Shown: positions 9,942 to 23,064 of the stretch, one piece after another
Numbering within the stretch: the stretch's first letter is position 1
How the letters are laid out: each line of letters begins with the position of its first letter
Assembly (NCBI GenBank): GCA_963751275.1
Contig: CAVVTZ010000007.1
Coordinates: 416,001-480,000, forward strand
Length of the DNA: 64,000 bases
Direction of reading: 5' to 3'
From: an uncultured Gemmatimonadaceae bacterium
GTDB lineage: Bacteria > Gemmatimonadota > Gemmatimonadetes > Gemmatimonadales > Gemmatimonadaceae
The notes under the pieces: model-generated
What the model saw: only the letters and a program-made list of their open reading frames with translations
Database searches by the model: none
What the model was told of the DNA's origin: nothing
Translations under genes and position numbers: made by a program

Positions 9942-10976
9942 CTACCGGAACCAGGTGGCGCCCAGCCACACCACCACCGCCACGTGGATCACCACCGCCA
10001 CCAGCGCGGTGATCGCGAAGGGCCGGTGCGCCACGTGCCAGAAGCGGAACACCTTGTGCGTCGCGTCGAGCATGCGCGCCTGCTGCTCGAGCGCCATCTC
10101 CCGGCTCGCCAGCGCCACCACCTGCTTCAGCGCGGCGCGCTCGGCGGCGCGGTTCTTGTGACGCTGCACCTTGAAGGAGAAGGAGCCTTCGTCCATCAGC
10201 TTGGTCCAGCGCCGGCGCAACTCGCGCGTCATCCGCCAGCGCGCGAAGTCGTTCGTGAGGAGTTGCGCGAAGGCGCGGCCGGCGCCGGTGGACGACGGCA
10301 GCGTCGCGCCGATCGCGAGCGTGCGCTCCACGGTCGGCACATCGACGCCGAGCGCTTCGGCGATCTCCTCGACGATCGCGCGGCGGCGGCCGGCCACTTC
10401 GTCGCGCGTCAGCTCCACGCCGGTCTTGCTGCGCGGGATCCGCACGTACAGGTAGCGCCCGACGATGCCGCTCGCGACCACCACCATCATGGAGAGGAAG
10501 CCGAGACCGATGAGTCCCTCGAAGCGCCACGCGGCGTGGATCGCGAGCAGCAGGGGCAGGCCGAGCGCGACCAGGATGTGCACGTCGAGCCACTTCGCCA
10601 CGGTGCCGGTCCACGCGAGCGACTTGTACTTCTTGCGCAGGGGGTAGAGCCAGAGGAAGAGAAAGATCGCGAGCGCGAGAATGCCGGCCGACTGGCCGAT
10701 GTACCCCGACGGGCGGAGCCATACGTGGAGCGGCGAACGCACGCGCTCCGCGGGCGACAGCGAGTAATAGCGCCAACCCGCGATGTTCGCGGCGGCGAGC
10801 ACGCCGAGGATGATGGCGAGCCACGGCCCGCCGCCGGCGCGTGCCTCGGCGCGCTCGCGCGGCGGTCTCGCCGGTCGCGGCGACGCCGATGGGTTCGCGG
10901 TGGTTCCCGGCGCGGCGGGGATGCGCAGGTCTCGCGGAGGGATGTTGGCCCTCGCGAGATTGGAGCGTTCAGTCAT
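9942..10976 (-). CDS. Ferric-reductase-like transmembrane (di-heme b) protein
   Basis: About five TM helices with two H-x13-H pairs (H-ILVALGLPLLLAI-H and H-RPFAITALVAVVI-H). Confidence 0.75.
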   Translation of the reverse strand: MTERSNLARANIPPRDLRIPAAPGTTANPSASPRPARPPRERAEARAGGGPWLAIILGVLAAANIAGWRYYSLSPAERVRSPLHVWLRPSGYIGQSAGILALAIFLFLWLYPLRKKYKSLAWTGTVAKWLDVHILVALGLPLLLAIHAAWRFEGLIGLGFLSMMVVVASGIVGRYLYVRIPRSKTGVELTRDEVAGRRRAIVEEIAEALGVDVPTVERTLAIGATLPSSTGAGRAFAQLLTNDFARWRMTRELRRRWTKLMDEGSFSFKVQRHKNRAAERAALKQVVALASREMALEQQARMLDATHKVFRFWHVAHRPFAITALVAVVIHVAVVVWLGATWFR

Positions 10977-11038
10977 CGCCTTCGTGGCTCGGGAAGTGCG
11001 CGACGCCGCGGATCGGCGTGGCTTCGATCCCCTTTCAT

Positions 11039-11054
11039 TGCAATGGGTGGGCCT
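11039..11054 (-). promoter_or_regulatory. Candidate sigma54 -24/-12 promoter for the cytochrome operon
   Basis: Minus strand reads AGGCCCACCCATTGCA, i.e. GG-N10-GC with TTGCA, about 60 nt before ATG 10976. Confidence 0.5.
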
Positions 11055-11160
11055 CGGCGATCCGCTCTATACCGAGCTGTCAAATCATTGTGGCGCAACG
11101 CTTTGAATAAGCACGGCCGCGTGATCATGCTCTACGCGGTAAGACGCGGCGTTGCAGGGC

Positions 11161-11177
11161 TGTACCGAAACGGTACA
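11161..11177. promoter_or_regulatory. 17-bp palindromic operator/enhancer
   Basis: TGTACCG-AAA-CGGTACA in the divergent intergenic region. Confidence 0.5.
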
Positions 11178-11335
11178 ACACCAATTGTGCGGTGGATTTG
11201 CGGGTTAAAAGTGACGCGATATTGTCGCGAAACTGCCAAGCCCCTCGTCGCACCGATCTGGAGGCCTCTGTCGCCTAGCCGAATGTCATTGCCGGCGCCC
11301 ATACTTGGCGCCGTCGATTCACTCCGAGGCCGCTG

Positions 11336-12529
11336 ATGCCGTTCGTCCGCACCCGTCTTTCCGCGATGATGTTCCTCCAGTATTTCGTCTGGGGAGCGTG
11401 GTTCGTCACGATGGGCACCTACCTCGGCACGACGCTGAAGTTCAGCGGCGCCGAGATCGGGCTCGCGTACGGCGCGACCGCGATCGCCGCGATGATCTCG
11501 CCCTTCTTCGTGGGCATGTTCGCGGACCGGTTCTTCGCGAGCGAGAAGCTGCTCGCGGTGCTGCATCTCCTGGGCGGCGCGCTCCTCTGGCTCGCATCGC
11601 GCGCGGGCACCTTCAGCACGTTCTATCCGCTGATCATCGCGTACGCGCTGTGCTACATGCCGACGCTCGCGCTTTCGAACTCGATCTCCTTCGACCACAT
11701 CGGCGACCCGCAGCGCGATTTCCCGCGCATCCGCGTGCTGGGGACGATCGGGTGGATCGCTGCGGGTCTTGCGGTGGGCCGGCTCGGCCTCGAAGCGACC
11801 GCCGTGCCGATGCAGCTCGCCGCGGGCGCCTCGGTGCTGCTCGGCGTCTTCTCGCTCGCGCTGCCGCACACGCCGCCGCATGCTGCCGGCAAATCGCTCG
11901 CCGTGCGCGATGTCCTCGGCCTCGACGCGCTCTCACTCATGAAGGATCGCTCCTTCGCGACGTTCGTGATCGGCTCGCTGCTGCTCTGCATCCCGCTGCA
12001 GTTCTACTACGCGTTCACGAATCTCTTTCTCAACGAGATCCATCTCGCGGAGCCCGCGACGAAGATGACGCTTGGTCAGGCTTCGGAGATCGGCTTCATG
12101 CTGCTCTTGCCGTGGTTCCTCACGCGCATGGGCGTGAAGCGCATCCTGTTGCTGGGCATGGCCGCCTGGGCGCTGCGGTATTTCTTCTTCGCGCAGGGCA
12201 ACGCGGGCTCGCTGGTGTGGATGCTCTACGCCGGCATCCTGTTGCATGGCGTGTGCTACGATTTCTTCTTCGTGACCGGACAGATATACGTGGACCAGCG
12301 CGCCGGTCTCGCGGTGCGCGCGGCGGCGCAGGGATTCCTCGCGTTCATCACGCAGGGCGTGGGACTGTTCATAGGCGCGTGGGCGTCGGGTGCCGTGGTG
12401 GATGCATATCGCACGGCGGATGGGGGGCACGATTGGCACGCGATATGGCTCGTACCGTCGGCGGGGGCGCTGACCATCCTGCTGGTGTTCGCGTTCCTCT
12501 TCCGGCCGCAGCCGCGCGTTGCGGCTTAG
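11336..12529 (+). CDS. MFS nucleoside:H+ symporter family permease (NupG/YegT-like)
   Basis: [51 protein letters not shown]. Confidence 0.9.
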   Translation: MPFVRTRLSAMMFLQYFVWGAWFVTMGTYLGTTLKFSGAEIGLAYGATAIAAMISPFFVGMFADRFFASEKLLAVLHLLGGALLWLASRAGTFSTFYPLIIAYALCYMPTLALSNSISFDHIGDPQRDFPRIRVLGTIGWIAAGLAVGRLGLEATAVPMQLAAGASVLLGVFSLALPHTPPHAAGKSLAVRDVLGLDALSLMKDRSFATFVIGSLLLCIPLQFYYAFTNLFLNEIHLAEPATKMTLGQASEIGFMLLLPWFLTRMGVKRILLLGMAAWALRYFFFAQGNAGSLVWMLYAGILLHGVCYDFFFVTGQIYVDQRAGLAVRAAAQGFLAFITQGVGLFIGAWASGAVVDAYRTADGGHDWHAIWLVPSAGALTILLVFAFLFRPQPRVAA

Positions 12530-12540
12530 GCATCTGGAAC

Positions 12541-12672
12541 GAGCAACAAACTGCTTTGACAGGATGACAGGATGAACAGGACAAGGACGGGATGACGGCC
12601 TGATCGCGATCAGGCCGTCATCCCGTCCTTGTCCTGTTCATCCTGTCATCCTGTCAAAGCAGTTTGTTGCTC
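12541..12672. repeat. 132-bp perfect palindrome (GACAGGAT family)
   Basis: Two 66-bp arms are exact reverse complements with no loop. Lies between convergent genes. Confidence 0.95.
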
Positions 12673-12674
12673 CT

Positions 12675-13910
12675 TCACGGTCTCCATTTTCCTTGGGCCA
12701 CCGCGGGGATGAAGGAATCCAGCCCCCTCGGCGGAAAAGTGACCGTCTTCCCCTGCTCCGCGCTCATGTATCCCGCCATGAGCATGCGCACGACATCCAG
12801 CCCATCGTCGAAAGTGAGGCGCGGAGTCTCGAGTCCGAGGAACGCGCGCACGAAGTGACGATCCTCCGCCTCGTAGCCGTACGCGACCGCTTCGTTCGCC
12901 ACCACCGGCATCTGCCCGGTCTCGGCGTTCTGCTTCTCGACGAGATCCTCGCCGCTCTTCGCGTTCACTTCGCGGCTGAAGAACAGCTTCAGCCCGCTGT
13001 CGAGGGTGTTCCACGTCATCGAGTACTCGGGCCCGAGCAGCTCGGCGGACAATCGCAGCCCCGGACCCACGAAACTCCACGACGTGGTCGCTTCGCCGAT
13101 CACGGTGTGACCGTCGGCGGTCTCGAACTCGATCATCATGCTCGCGAAATCCTCGGCCGGCGTCTTCGTGTAGTCGACCTCCTTGCCCATGCTCGCGCGC
13201 AGGCGCTTCGCGTATTCGGGTCGCGACCATTTCAGGCTCGCGATGTGCGCGGTGATCTTCACCGGCTTCACGCTCGACAGCGGCTTCCCCGGCGCGGTGA
13301 GCAGATGCCGCACCATGAGCGCCGAGTGGCACATCATGTCGTTGAGCACGCCGCCGCCCTGCAGTTCGCCGCGCCAGAACCACGGCATGTGCGGGCCGCT
13401 GTGCTCCTCGGCGGCGCGCGCGAGGTACGGCCGTCCGGTCGCGGCGGCGCCGCGCTTCCAGAGCAGCGAGTGCCCGGTCTCGACCTGCGGCGCGAAGATC
13501 TGATTCTCGAGATACGCGGTGGCGAGGCCGGCCTTCGCCGCGAGATCGCGCACCTTGGTCGCCTCGGCCACGTTGCGCGCGAGCGGCTTCTCGCAGGCGA
13601 GTCCTTTGAGTTCGCCGCGTCCCTTCTCGAGCGCGTGCACGATCTCTTCCACGTTCTCGATGCGCGCCTGGTTCGGGCCCGTGAGCCAGATCGCATCGAT
13701 CGCCGGATCGGCGACCATCTCCGCGATCGAGCGGTACGGCTTCGCATCGCCCACATCCAGCTCGCGCGCGTACGCGGCCGCCGACGCGGCGTTCTTCGCG
13801 TTGGGACTCCATACGCCACGCACGTCCCCCTCGCGTACGCCGCGCCAGCCGAGCATGTGGAAGCGCGCGTTGAATCCACTGCCAATGAAACCGACGCCGA
13901 GCCGTTTCAC
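12675..13910 (-). CDS. Gfo/Idh/MocA family oxidoreductase
   Basis: GTG start overlaps the upstream stop. GFIGSGF, CEKPLA, GGGVLNDMMCH. Confidence 0.88.
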   Translation of the reverse strand: MKRLGVGFIGSGFNARFHMLGWRGVREGDVRGVWSPNAKNAASAAAYARELDVGDAKPYRSIAEMVADPAIDAIWLTGPNQARIENVEEIVHALEKGRGELKGLACEKPLARNVAEATKVRDLAAKAGLATAYLENQIFAPQVETGHSLLWKRGAAATGRPYLARAAEEHSGPHMPWFWRGELQGGGVLNDMMCHSALMVRHLLTAPGKPLSSVKPVKITAHIASLKWSRPEYAKRLRASMGKEVDYTKTPAEDFASMMIEFETADGHTVIGEATTSWSFVGPGLRLSAELLGPEYSMTWNTLDSGLKLFFSREVNAKSGEDLVEKQNAETGQMPVVANEAVAYGYEAEDRHFVRAFLGLETPRLTFDDGLDVVRMLMAGYMSAEQGKTVTFPPRGLDSFIPAVAQGKWRP

Positions 13911-14543
13911 TTTCGCGTGGGTCTCGCGTCCATCATCGCATCGTTCACGCCAAGTTTTTCGAGCGCGGCGGGCGGGCAGCCGTTCCACTCGGCCACCGCC
14001 TTGTTCCCGAGGTACTGCACATCCTTCCATCCCATCGCGCTCGAGAAGAAGCCCGGACGCGGTCATGTCGCGGAAGCGCGAGAAGAACGCCGCGCCCTGG
14101 CTGTACTCCGGCTTCGCCTTCTTGGGCCACGCGATGTCATCGAGCAGCTGTCGGCGTTCGGCATCGGTGCACGCGGTGAACGGCTTGCCAAAGCGATCCT
14201 CGCAGGCGAGATCGAGCCATGCGAGCCCGCCGCGCATCGCGGTGCGCGTCATGTCCGACGTGTTCGCGTCCGCGAGTATCCAGTCCATGAACTCGGGGAC
14301 CTTCGCGTCGGTGGCGCTGCCCGAGCGCTCGTCGCGCGGGATCACATAGTCCACGAGCACCACCACCGTGGCCCACTCGTGGCGATTGAAGAACTTCGGC
14401 GCGTACGGCGCCGCGCTGGTCTCCGCCAGGCTCTTGAGATGCTCGGCCGCGCGCGCTGTTTGCGCGGAGCTCCACTCGATCGCGCCGATCGCTGGCGCGG
14501 CGGCGAGCCACTTCATCATCGCGCGGCGCGAGATGCGGCTCAT
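13907..14543 (-). CDS. Gluconate 2-dehydrogenase subunit 3 family protein (Tat), +1 frameshift near 14052
   Basis: SRRAMMK Tat motif; IPRDERSGSATDAKVPEFMD. Removing one G restores ...SGFFSSAMGWKDVQYLGN. Confidence 0.82.
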
Positions 14544-16228
14544 AGCGCCCCCGCCGCGCGCTGCTGCGCGATGTACTCGCTCGTGCGCATCGAGAGGGCG
14601 AGGATCGTCCACGTGGGATTCTTGTCGGCTTGCGACACGAACGGGCCGCCGTCGGCGACGAAGAGGTTCTTGCAGTCGTGCGCCTGGCAATGCGCGTTGA
14701 GCGCGCTCGTCTGCGGATCGTTCCCCATGATGACGCAGCCGAGCTCGTGGATGATCCGGCCGCCGGGCGCGATGCCGTAGCCCTGTTCCTTCGTGGGCAT
14801 CGGATCGAAGACCGTGCCGCCCATGTCGGCGATGAGCGCGCGGAACGTCTCCTGCATGTGCTTCACCTGATTCAACTCGTGATCGCTCCATTTCCAGTGG
14901 AAGCGGAGCACCGGAATGCCGTAGCGGTCCACGACGTTCGGATCGAGTTCGCAGTAGCTGTCGGCATTGGGGATCATCTCGCCGCGGCCGGAGAAGCCGA
15001 CCGTCGCGCCGTAGTAGCGGCGATAATCATCCTTCAACTGCTTCCCGTAGCCGCCGCCCGGCGGGTATTCCTGAATGCCGCCCATGAATCCGTAGCCGGG
15101 CGAATCGAGGCCGCCGCCCATCTCAATGTGATATCCGCGCGGGAAGTCGAGCTTGGCGTTGTCGAGCCACCAGGGCGAATAGATGTGTGCGCCGCCCACG
15201 CCGTCCTCGTTGTGCGGCACGTGGTCCATCATCTTCGGGATGAATCCGCTCACGCCCGCGCCGGTGGTGTCGGTGAGGTACTTGCCCACCACGCCGCTCG
15301 AGTTCGCGAGCCCCTGCGGAAAGAGCGACGACTTCGAATTCAGCAGGATGCGCGCGGATTCGCACGCGCTTGCCGCGAGCACGACCACGCGCGCGCTCGC
15401 GTGGCGTTCGGTGTTCGTGGTCTTGTCGATGTACGCGACGCCCTGCGCGAGCCCGTCCGCGCCGACCGTCACCTCGCGCGCCATCGCATTGCACACGAGC
15501 GTGAGCTTCCGCGTCTTGAGCGCCGGCGCGATGAGCACATCGGGGCTCGAGAAGTTCGACGCCGTGCCGCAGCCGCGCCCGCATTGCCCGCAGTAGTGAC
15601 ATGCCGCGCGGCCGTGGATGGATTTCGTGATGATCGAGAGCCGCGACGGGATGCACGTGACGCCGAGGCGGTCGCACGCCTGCTTGATCATCAGCTCGTA
15701 GCAGCGCGGCTTGGGCGGCGGGAGGAATTTCCCGTCGGGGTGATTCGGCAGCCCCTCGATGCTGCCGAACACGCCGATGAGTTCGTCGACCTGATCGTAG
15801 TAGGGCGCGAGATCGTCATAGCCGATCGGCCAGTCGTCGCCGAGTCCGTCGCGGCTCTTCCCGCGGAAATCCTCGGGACCGAAGCGCAGCGAGATCCGCC
15901 CCCAGTGGCTGGTGCGTCCGCCGAGCATGCGGGCGCGCCACCAGTCGAAATTCGTGCCGGGCGCGCGCGTGTACGGCTCGCCCTCGATCTCCCAGCCGCC
16001 AATGCAGCCGTCGAACTCGCCGAAGGGTTTCGTCTTGGTGGAGCCGCCGCGCCGTGGCGAGGAATATTCCGGCACGAGCATCTTGGAGTCCTTCGTGGCG
16101 TACCACTCGGGCCCGGCCTCGAGCAGGAGCACGTTCGCACCCGCTTTCGTGAGGACGTACGCCGCCATGCCGCCGCCGGCGCCCGAGCCGACGATGCACA
16201 CATCGTATGTCGTGTCGGCCTTCCGCAT
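14540..16228 (-). CDS. GMC family oxidoreductase (glycoside 3-dehydrogenase-like)
   Basis: GSGAGGG, RMLGGRTSHWGR, CHYCGQCGRGC, HELG, KNPTWTI. Confidence 0.9.
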   Translation of the reverse strand: MRKADTTYDVCIVGSGAGGGMAAYVLTKAGANVLLLEAGPEWYATKDSKMLVPEYSSPRRGGSTKTKPFGEFDGCIGGWEIEGEPYTRAPGTNFDWWRARMLGGRTSHWGRISLRFGPEDFRGKSRDGLGDDWPIGYDDLAPYYDQVDELIGVFGSIEGLPNHPDGKFLPPPKPRCYELMIKQACDRLGVTCIPSRLSIITKSIHGRAACHYCGQCGRGCGTASNFSSPDVLIAPALKTRKLTLVCNAMAREVTVGADGLAQGVAYIDKTTNTERHASARVVVLAASACESARILLNSKSSLFPQGLANSSGVVGKYLTDTTGAGVSGFIPKMMDHVPHNEDGVGGAHIYSPWWLDNAKLDFPRGYHIEMGGGLDSPGYGFMGGIQEYPPGGGYGKQLKDDYRRYYGATVGFSGRGEMIPNADSYCELDPNVVDRYGIPVLRFHWKWSDHELNQVKHMQETFRALIADMGGTVFDPMPTKEQGYGIAPGGRIIHELGCVIMGNDPQTSALNAHCQAHDCKNLFVADGGPFVSQADKNPTWTILALSMRTSEYIAQQRAAGAL

Positions 16229-16233
16229 CGCGC

Positions 16234-17026
16234 TCAATTCCCCGCGTCGGGCAGCTGGCGCACCCAGAATGTTCCGGTAGCGCACCGGATAGCTGTGGTC
16301 CTGCAACAGGATCGGCAGCTTATCGGGCATGGGCGCATACGGCGGCCGGCGCTTGTACGCGGTGGGACCGGTGAGCACCGCATCGCTCTGCACGAGCACG
16401 CCGTTTTGCACCACCGTCACCCGCGCGGCGCACTGGAGCGTGCCGTCGAGATTGAACCGCGGGCAATGGAAGATGATGTCGTACGTCTGCCACTCGCCGG
16501 GCGGCCGGCTCGCGTTCACCATCGGCGGATACTGGCCGAACACCGATCCCGCGGCGCCATCGGCATACGTGGGATTCTCGTACGAATCGAGCACCTGCAC
16601 CTCGAAGGCCGACATGAGGTACACGCCGCTATTGCCGCGCTCCTGGCCCTCGCCCGTCGCGGGCGTGGGCGTGCGCCACTCCACGTGGAGCTGCACGTCG
16701 CCAAAGCTCTGCTTGGTCTGGATGTCGCCGGTCTTGGCGACGACCTCCATGTAGCCGTGCTCCACCTTCCATTTCGCCGGCGCTCCCGCGCTGTCGCCGC
16801 TCGCCCACTGTGACAGATCCTTTCCGTCGAAGAGCACGATCGCATCACTCGGCGGCGCGACCGGCTGCCCGCCGGGCGCGGGCTTCACCACCGGCGGCTG
16901 CGGGCGGTCCATCGAATGCTGCGGATACGCCGTGACGACCGGCGAGGGCAGGGTCGGGCATTGGGCGCGGATCTGCGCAGCAAGGATCGGCGAGAGAGCA
17001 AGGATCGCGAGGCGTGGATGCATCAT
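16234..17026 (-). CDS. DUF1080 / 3-keto-disaccharide hydrolase domain protein (artefactually fused to the GMC gene)
   Basis: LFDGKDLSQW, GNSGVY, GEWQTYDI, LQDH. Removing one T near 16268 gives YRNIWVRQLPDAGN*. Confidence 0.85.
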
Positions 17027-17086
17027 CGGCGTCCGCAAAGGAAGGAAGGCAATTATGCACTCGTGCTTGGCCGGCTACAAGCGCGC

Positions 17087-17243
17087 GTAGGGCCTAGTAC
17101 CGCTGTAACGGCGCGTCTGGGAGGCAGCGTGTAGTACGGCGCGGCGTGAGTGGCGCGACTCACTACTCCCGCCCCGTCACTCACGCATTGCCGTACTACA
17201 CGCTGCCTCCCAGACGCGCCGTTACAGCGGTACTAGGCCCTAC
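17087..17243. repeat. Long inverted repeat, 54-bp perfect arms starting GTAG
   Basis: 17087-17140 is the exact reverse complement of 17190-17243, with an extra inner stem GCGTGAGTG/CACTCACGC. Confidence 0.92.
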
Positions 17244-17324
17244 ACGCGCCCCTCAGGGTGGCCCGGTCCTCGCGCCGCGCCTATCTTCCCGCCTGAAGCC
17301 GACTTCCAGAGGAGTCCCCCCGCG

Positions 17325-19670
17325 TTGACTTCGCCGCTCCAGGATCAGCTTCAACGCACGCTCGGCGACGGCTACGCCATCGAACGCGAACTCGGCGGCG
17401 GCGGCATGTCGCGCGTCTTCGTCGCGACCGAGAAGGCGCTCGGCCGCCGCGTCGTGATCAAAGTGCTCCCGCCCGATCTCTCGGCCGCCGTGAGCACCGA
17501 GCGCTTCCGGCGCGAGATCCTGCTCGCGGCGGGACTGCAGCACGCCCACATCGTGCCCGTGCTCACCGCCGGCACCTCCGATGGCCTGCCGTACTTCACG
17601 ATGCCCTACGTGGACGGCGAGTCGCTGCGCGCCCGCCTCGAGCGCGACGGCACCGTGCCCGTTCGGGATTGCATCGCCGTGCTCCGTGACGTGTCGCAGG
17701 CGCTCGCCTATGCCCACGAGCGCGGCGTGATCCATCGTGACATCAAGCCGGACAACATCCTCCTCAGCGGCGGCGTCGCGATGGTCACCGACTTCGGCGT
17801 GGCCAAGGCGATCAGCGCCGCCGGCGGCGACAGCACGCTGACGTCGGTGGGTCTCGCGCTCGGCACCCCGGCGTACATGGCGCCGGAGCAGGGCACGGGC
17901 GATCCCACCAGCGACCGGCGCGCGGACATCTACGCGCTCGGTGCGGTCGGCTACGAGATGCTGTGCGGCCGCACGCTGTTCCCGGGCCGGTCGCCGCAGC
18001 AGACGCTGATGGCGCACGCGGTGGAGGCGCCGAAGCCCGTCGGCGAGTGCCGCCCCGACACGCCGCCGGCGCTCGCCGCGCTCATCATGCAGTGCCTCGA
18101 GAAGGATCCGGCCAAGCGGCCCGCCTCCGCCGCGGCGCTGCTGCAGTCCATCGACTCCGTGATGAGCGGCGGCACCGCGATCCGCGCCGCCATGCCGCGG
18201 CGGCGTCGCACCGCCGTGGCCGGGCTCATCGCGCTCGCCGCCGTGATCGCGCTCGCCGGCTACTTCGCCGCGACGCGCCGCGCGCCCCCGCTCCCGAGCG
18301 AGCGGTCGATCGCCGTGCTGCCGTTCGATCCCCTGGGCGGCAAGCCGGAGGACGAATACTTCGGCGACGGCATGGCGGAAGAGCTGATCACCGCGCTGAG
18401 CAAGGTGCCCGGATTGCGGGTCGCCGCGCGCAGCTCGGCGTTCGCGTTCAAGGGGAAGAACGAGGATGCGCGCAGCATCGGCCGCCAATTGAACGTGAGC
18501 GCGGTGCTCGGCGGCACCGTCCGCCGCGAGGGGAAGCATCTGCGCGTCACCGCCCGCCTCGAGTCCGCGGACAGCGCGCGCGAGATCTGGTCGGAGACCT
18601 ACGACCGCAACGAGACCGACGTGTTCGCGGTGCAGGACGAGCTCACGCGCGCGATCGTCGGCGCCTTGCAGCTGCGCCTCACGCCCAGCAGCGGCGCCGC
18701 GATCGCGAAGCGCGGCACCGCGAACATCGAGGCCTACAATCTCTACCTGCACGGTCGCTTCTTCTACGAGAAACGGAGCGAAGACGGCCTCGTGAAGGCG
18801 GCCGACAACTTCTCGCAGGCCATCGCGCTCGATTCGAATTATGCGGCCGCATACGCCGGCCTCGCCGATTCGTACAGCCTGCTCGCGACCTTCGGCTTCC
18901 GCGCGCCGCGCGCGATGTATCCGAAGGCCAAGCTGGCCGCGCTCCGGGCGCTCGCGCTCGACAGCATGCTCGCCGAGGCGCATACATCGCTCGGCTTCAT
19001 CCAGCTGTTCTACGATTTCGATTACGAGAGCGGCTCCCGCGAGCTCACACGGGCGATTGAGCTCGACCCGCACTACGCGCCGGCGCGGCTTTTCCGCTCG
19101 TGGTATTATGTGGCCGCCGGCCAGCTCGATTCCGCGGTGCGCAATGTGCAGCGGGCCAAGGCCGACGACCCCCTTTCGCTGATCATCAATACGCGCCTCG
19201 GCACGATGCTCTTCTGGACGCGGCAGTACGATTCCTCCGCCGCGCAGCTGCTCCACACGCTCGAACTCGACTCCACGTACGCCCTGGCGCACAGCCAGCT
19301 GTCGCGCGCGTACCTCATGCTGCACCGCTGCAAGGATGCGATCCGCGAAGCGCAAAAGTACAGTGCGGTGGTGGGCAACTACGAGAGCGCCAATCTGGGC
19401 TATTCGGCCGCCGTGTGCGGCGACACCGCGCTCGCGCGGCACGAATTGCAGTCGCGCCTCGACGAGCTGAAACGGCGCTACGTCTCGGCCGATGTGATCG
19501 CCCGCCTGTATGCCGGCCTCGGCCAGAAGACCGAGGCACTCGACTGGCTCGAGAAGGCCTACGACGAGCGCACCTGGTCGCTCTTCCTGCTCAAGGTCGA
19601 ACCGATGTATGACAACCTTCGGGGCGAACCGAGGTTCCAAGCGTTAGTCACCAAGATGCGCTTGCAGTGA
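17325..19670 (+). CDS. Ser/Thr protein kinase with TM, TolB-like and TPR regions
   Basis: GGGGMSRV, HRDIKPDN, DFG, YMAPE; SIAVLPF TolB-like motif; TPR repeats. Confidence 0.92.
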   Translation: MTSPLQDQLQRTLGDGYAIERELGGGGMSRVFVATEKALGRRVVIKVLPPDLSAAVSTERFRREILLAAGLQHAHIVPVLTAGTSDGLPYFTMPYVDGESLRARLERDGTVPVRDCIAVLRDVSQALAYAHERGVIHRDIKPDNILLSGGVAMVTDFGVAKAISAAGGDSTLTSVGLALGTPAYMAPEQGTGDPTSDRRADIYALGAVGYEMLCGRTLFPGRSPQQTLMAHAVEAPKPVGECRPDTPPALAALIMQCLEKDPAKRPASAAALLQSIDSVMSGGTAIRAAMPRRRRTAVAGLIALAAVIALAGYFAATRRAPPLPSERSIAVLPFDPLGGKPEDEYFGDGMAEELITALSKVPGLRVAARSSAFAFKGKNEDARSIGRQLNVSAVLGGTVRREGKHLRVTARLESADSAREIWSETYDRNETDVFAVQDELTRAIVGALQLRLTPSSGAAIAKRGTANIEAYNLYLHGRFFYEKRSEDGLVKAADNFSQAIALDSNYAAAYAGLADSYSLLATFGFRAPRAMYPKAKLAALRALALDSMLAEAHTSLGFIQLFYDFDYESGSRELTRAIELDPHYAPARLFRSWYYVAAGQLDSAVRNVQRAKADDPLSLIINTRLGTMLFWTRQYDSSAAQLLHTLELDSTYALAHSQLSRAYLMLHRCKDAIREAQKYSAVVGNYESANLGYSAAVCGDTALARHELQSRLDELKRRYVSADVIARLYAGLGQKTEALDWLEKAYDERTWSLFLLKVEPMYDNLRGEPRFQALVTKMRLQ

Positions 19671-19755
19671 GCCGCGACACCGCGCGGCGCACCGCCTCGT
19701 AGTGCGATGGAGCAGGCAGTAGCTTCCCGGGTATACCGGCGGAAAGGGGTCGTGC

Positions 19756-22899
<3,144 letters not shown>

Positions 22900-23064
22900 T
22901 CCGCGCGCGAAGGCGCACGGATCCTGTCCGGTCGTCGTTTCCCGGACACCGGCCGCGCGTTGCGCTCTTGTGTCGGTCCGCCTTCCGCCGTACCATCACG
23001 CACCGGGTGACGCCGCCCGTGCCGCGCCCTCAAATCCCGCCCTCACCATAGCTGGAGGACATTC

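Noticed and set aside
12675..14891. Apparent subunit 3-Gfo/Idh/MocA fusion (738 aa)
   Set aside because: One extra G. After correction there are two genes with a GTGA stop/start overlap.
14540..17038. Apparent DUF1080-GMC fusion (832 aa)
   Set aside because: Removing one T restores the canonical YRNIWVRQL end and a stop just before the GMC ATG.
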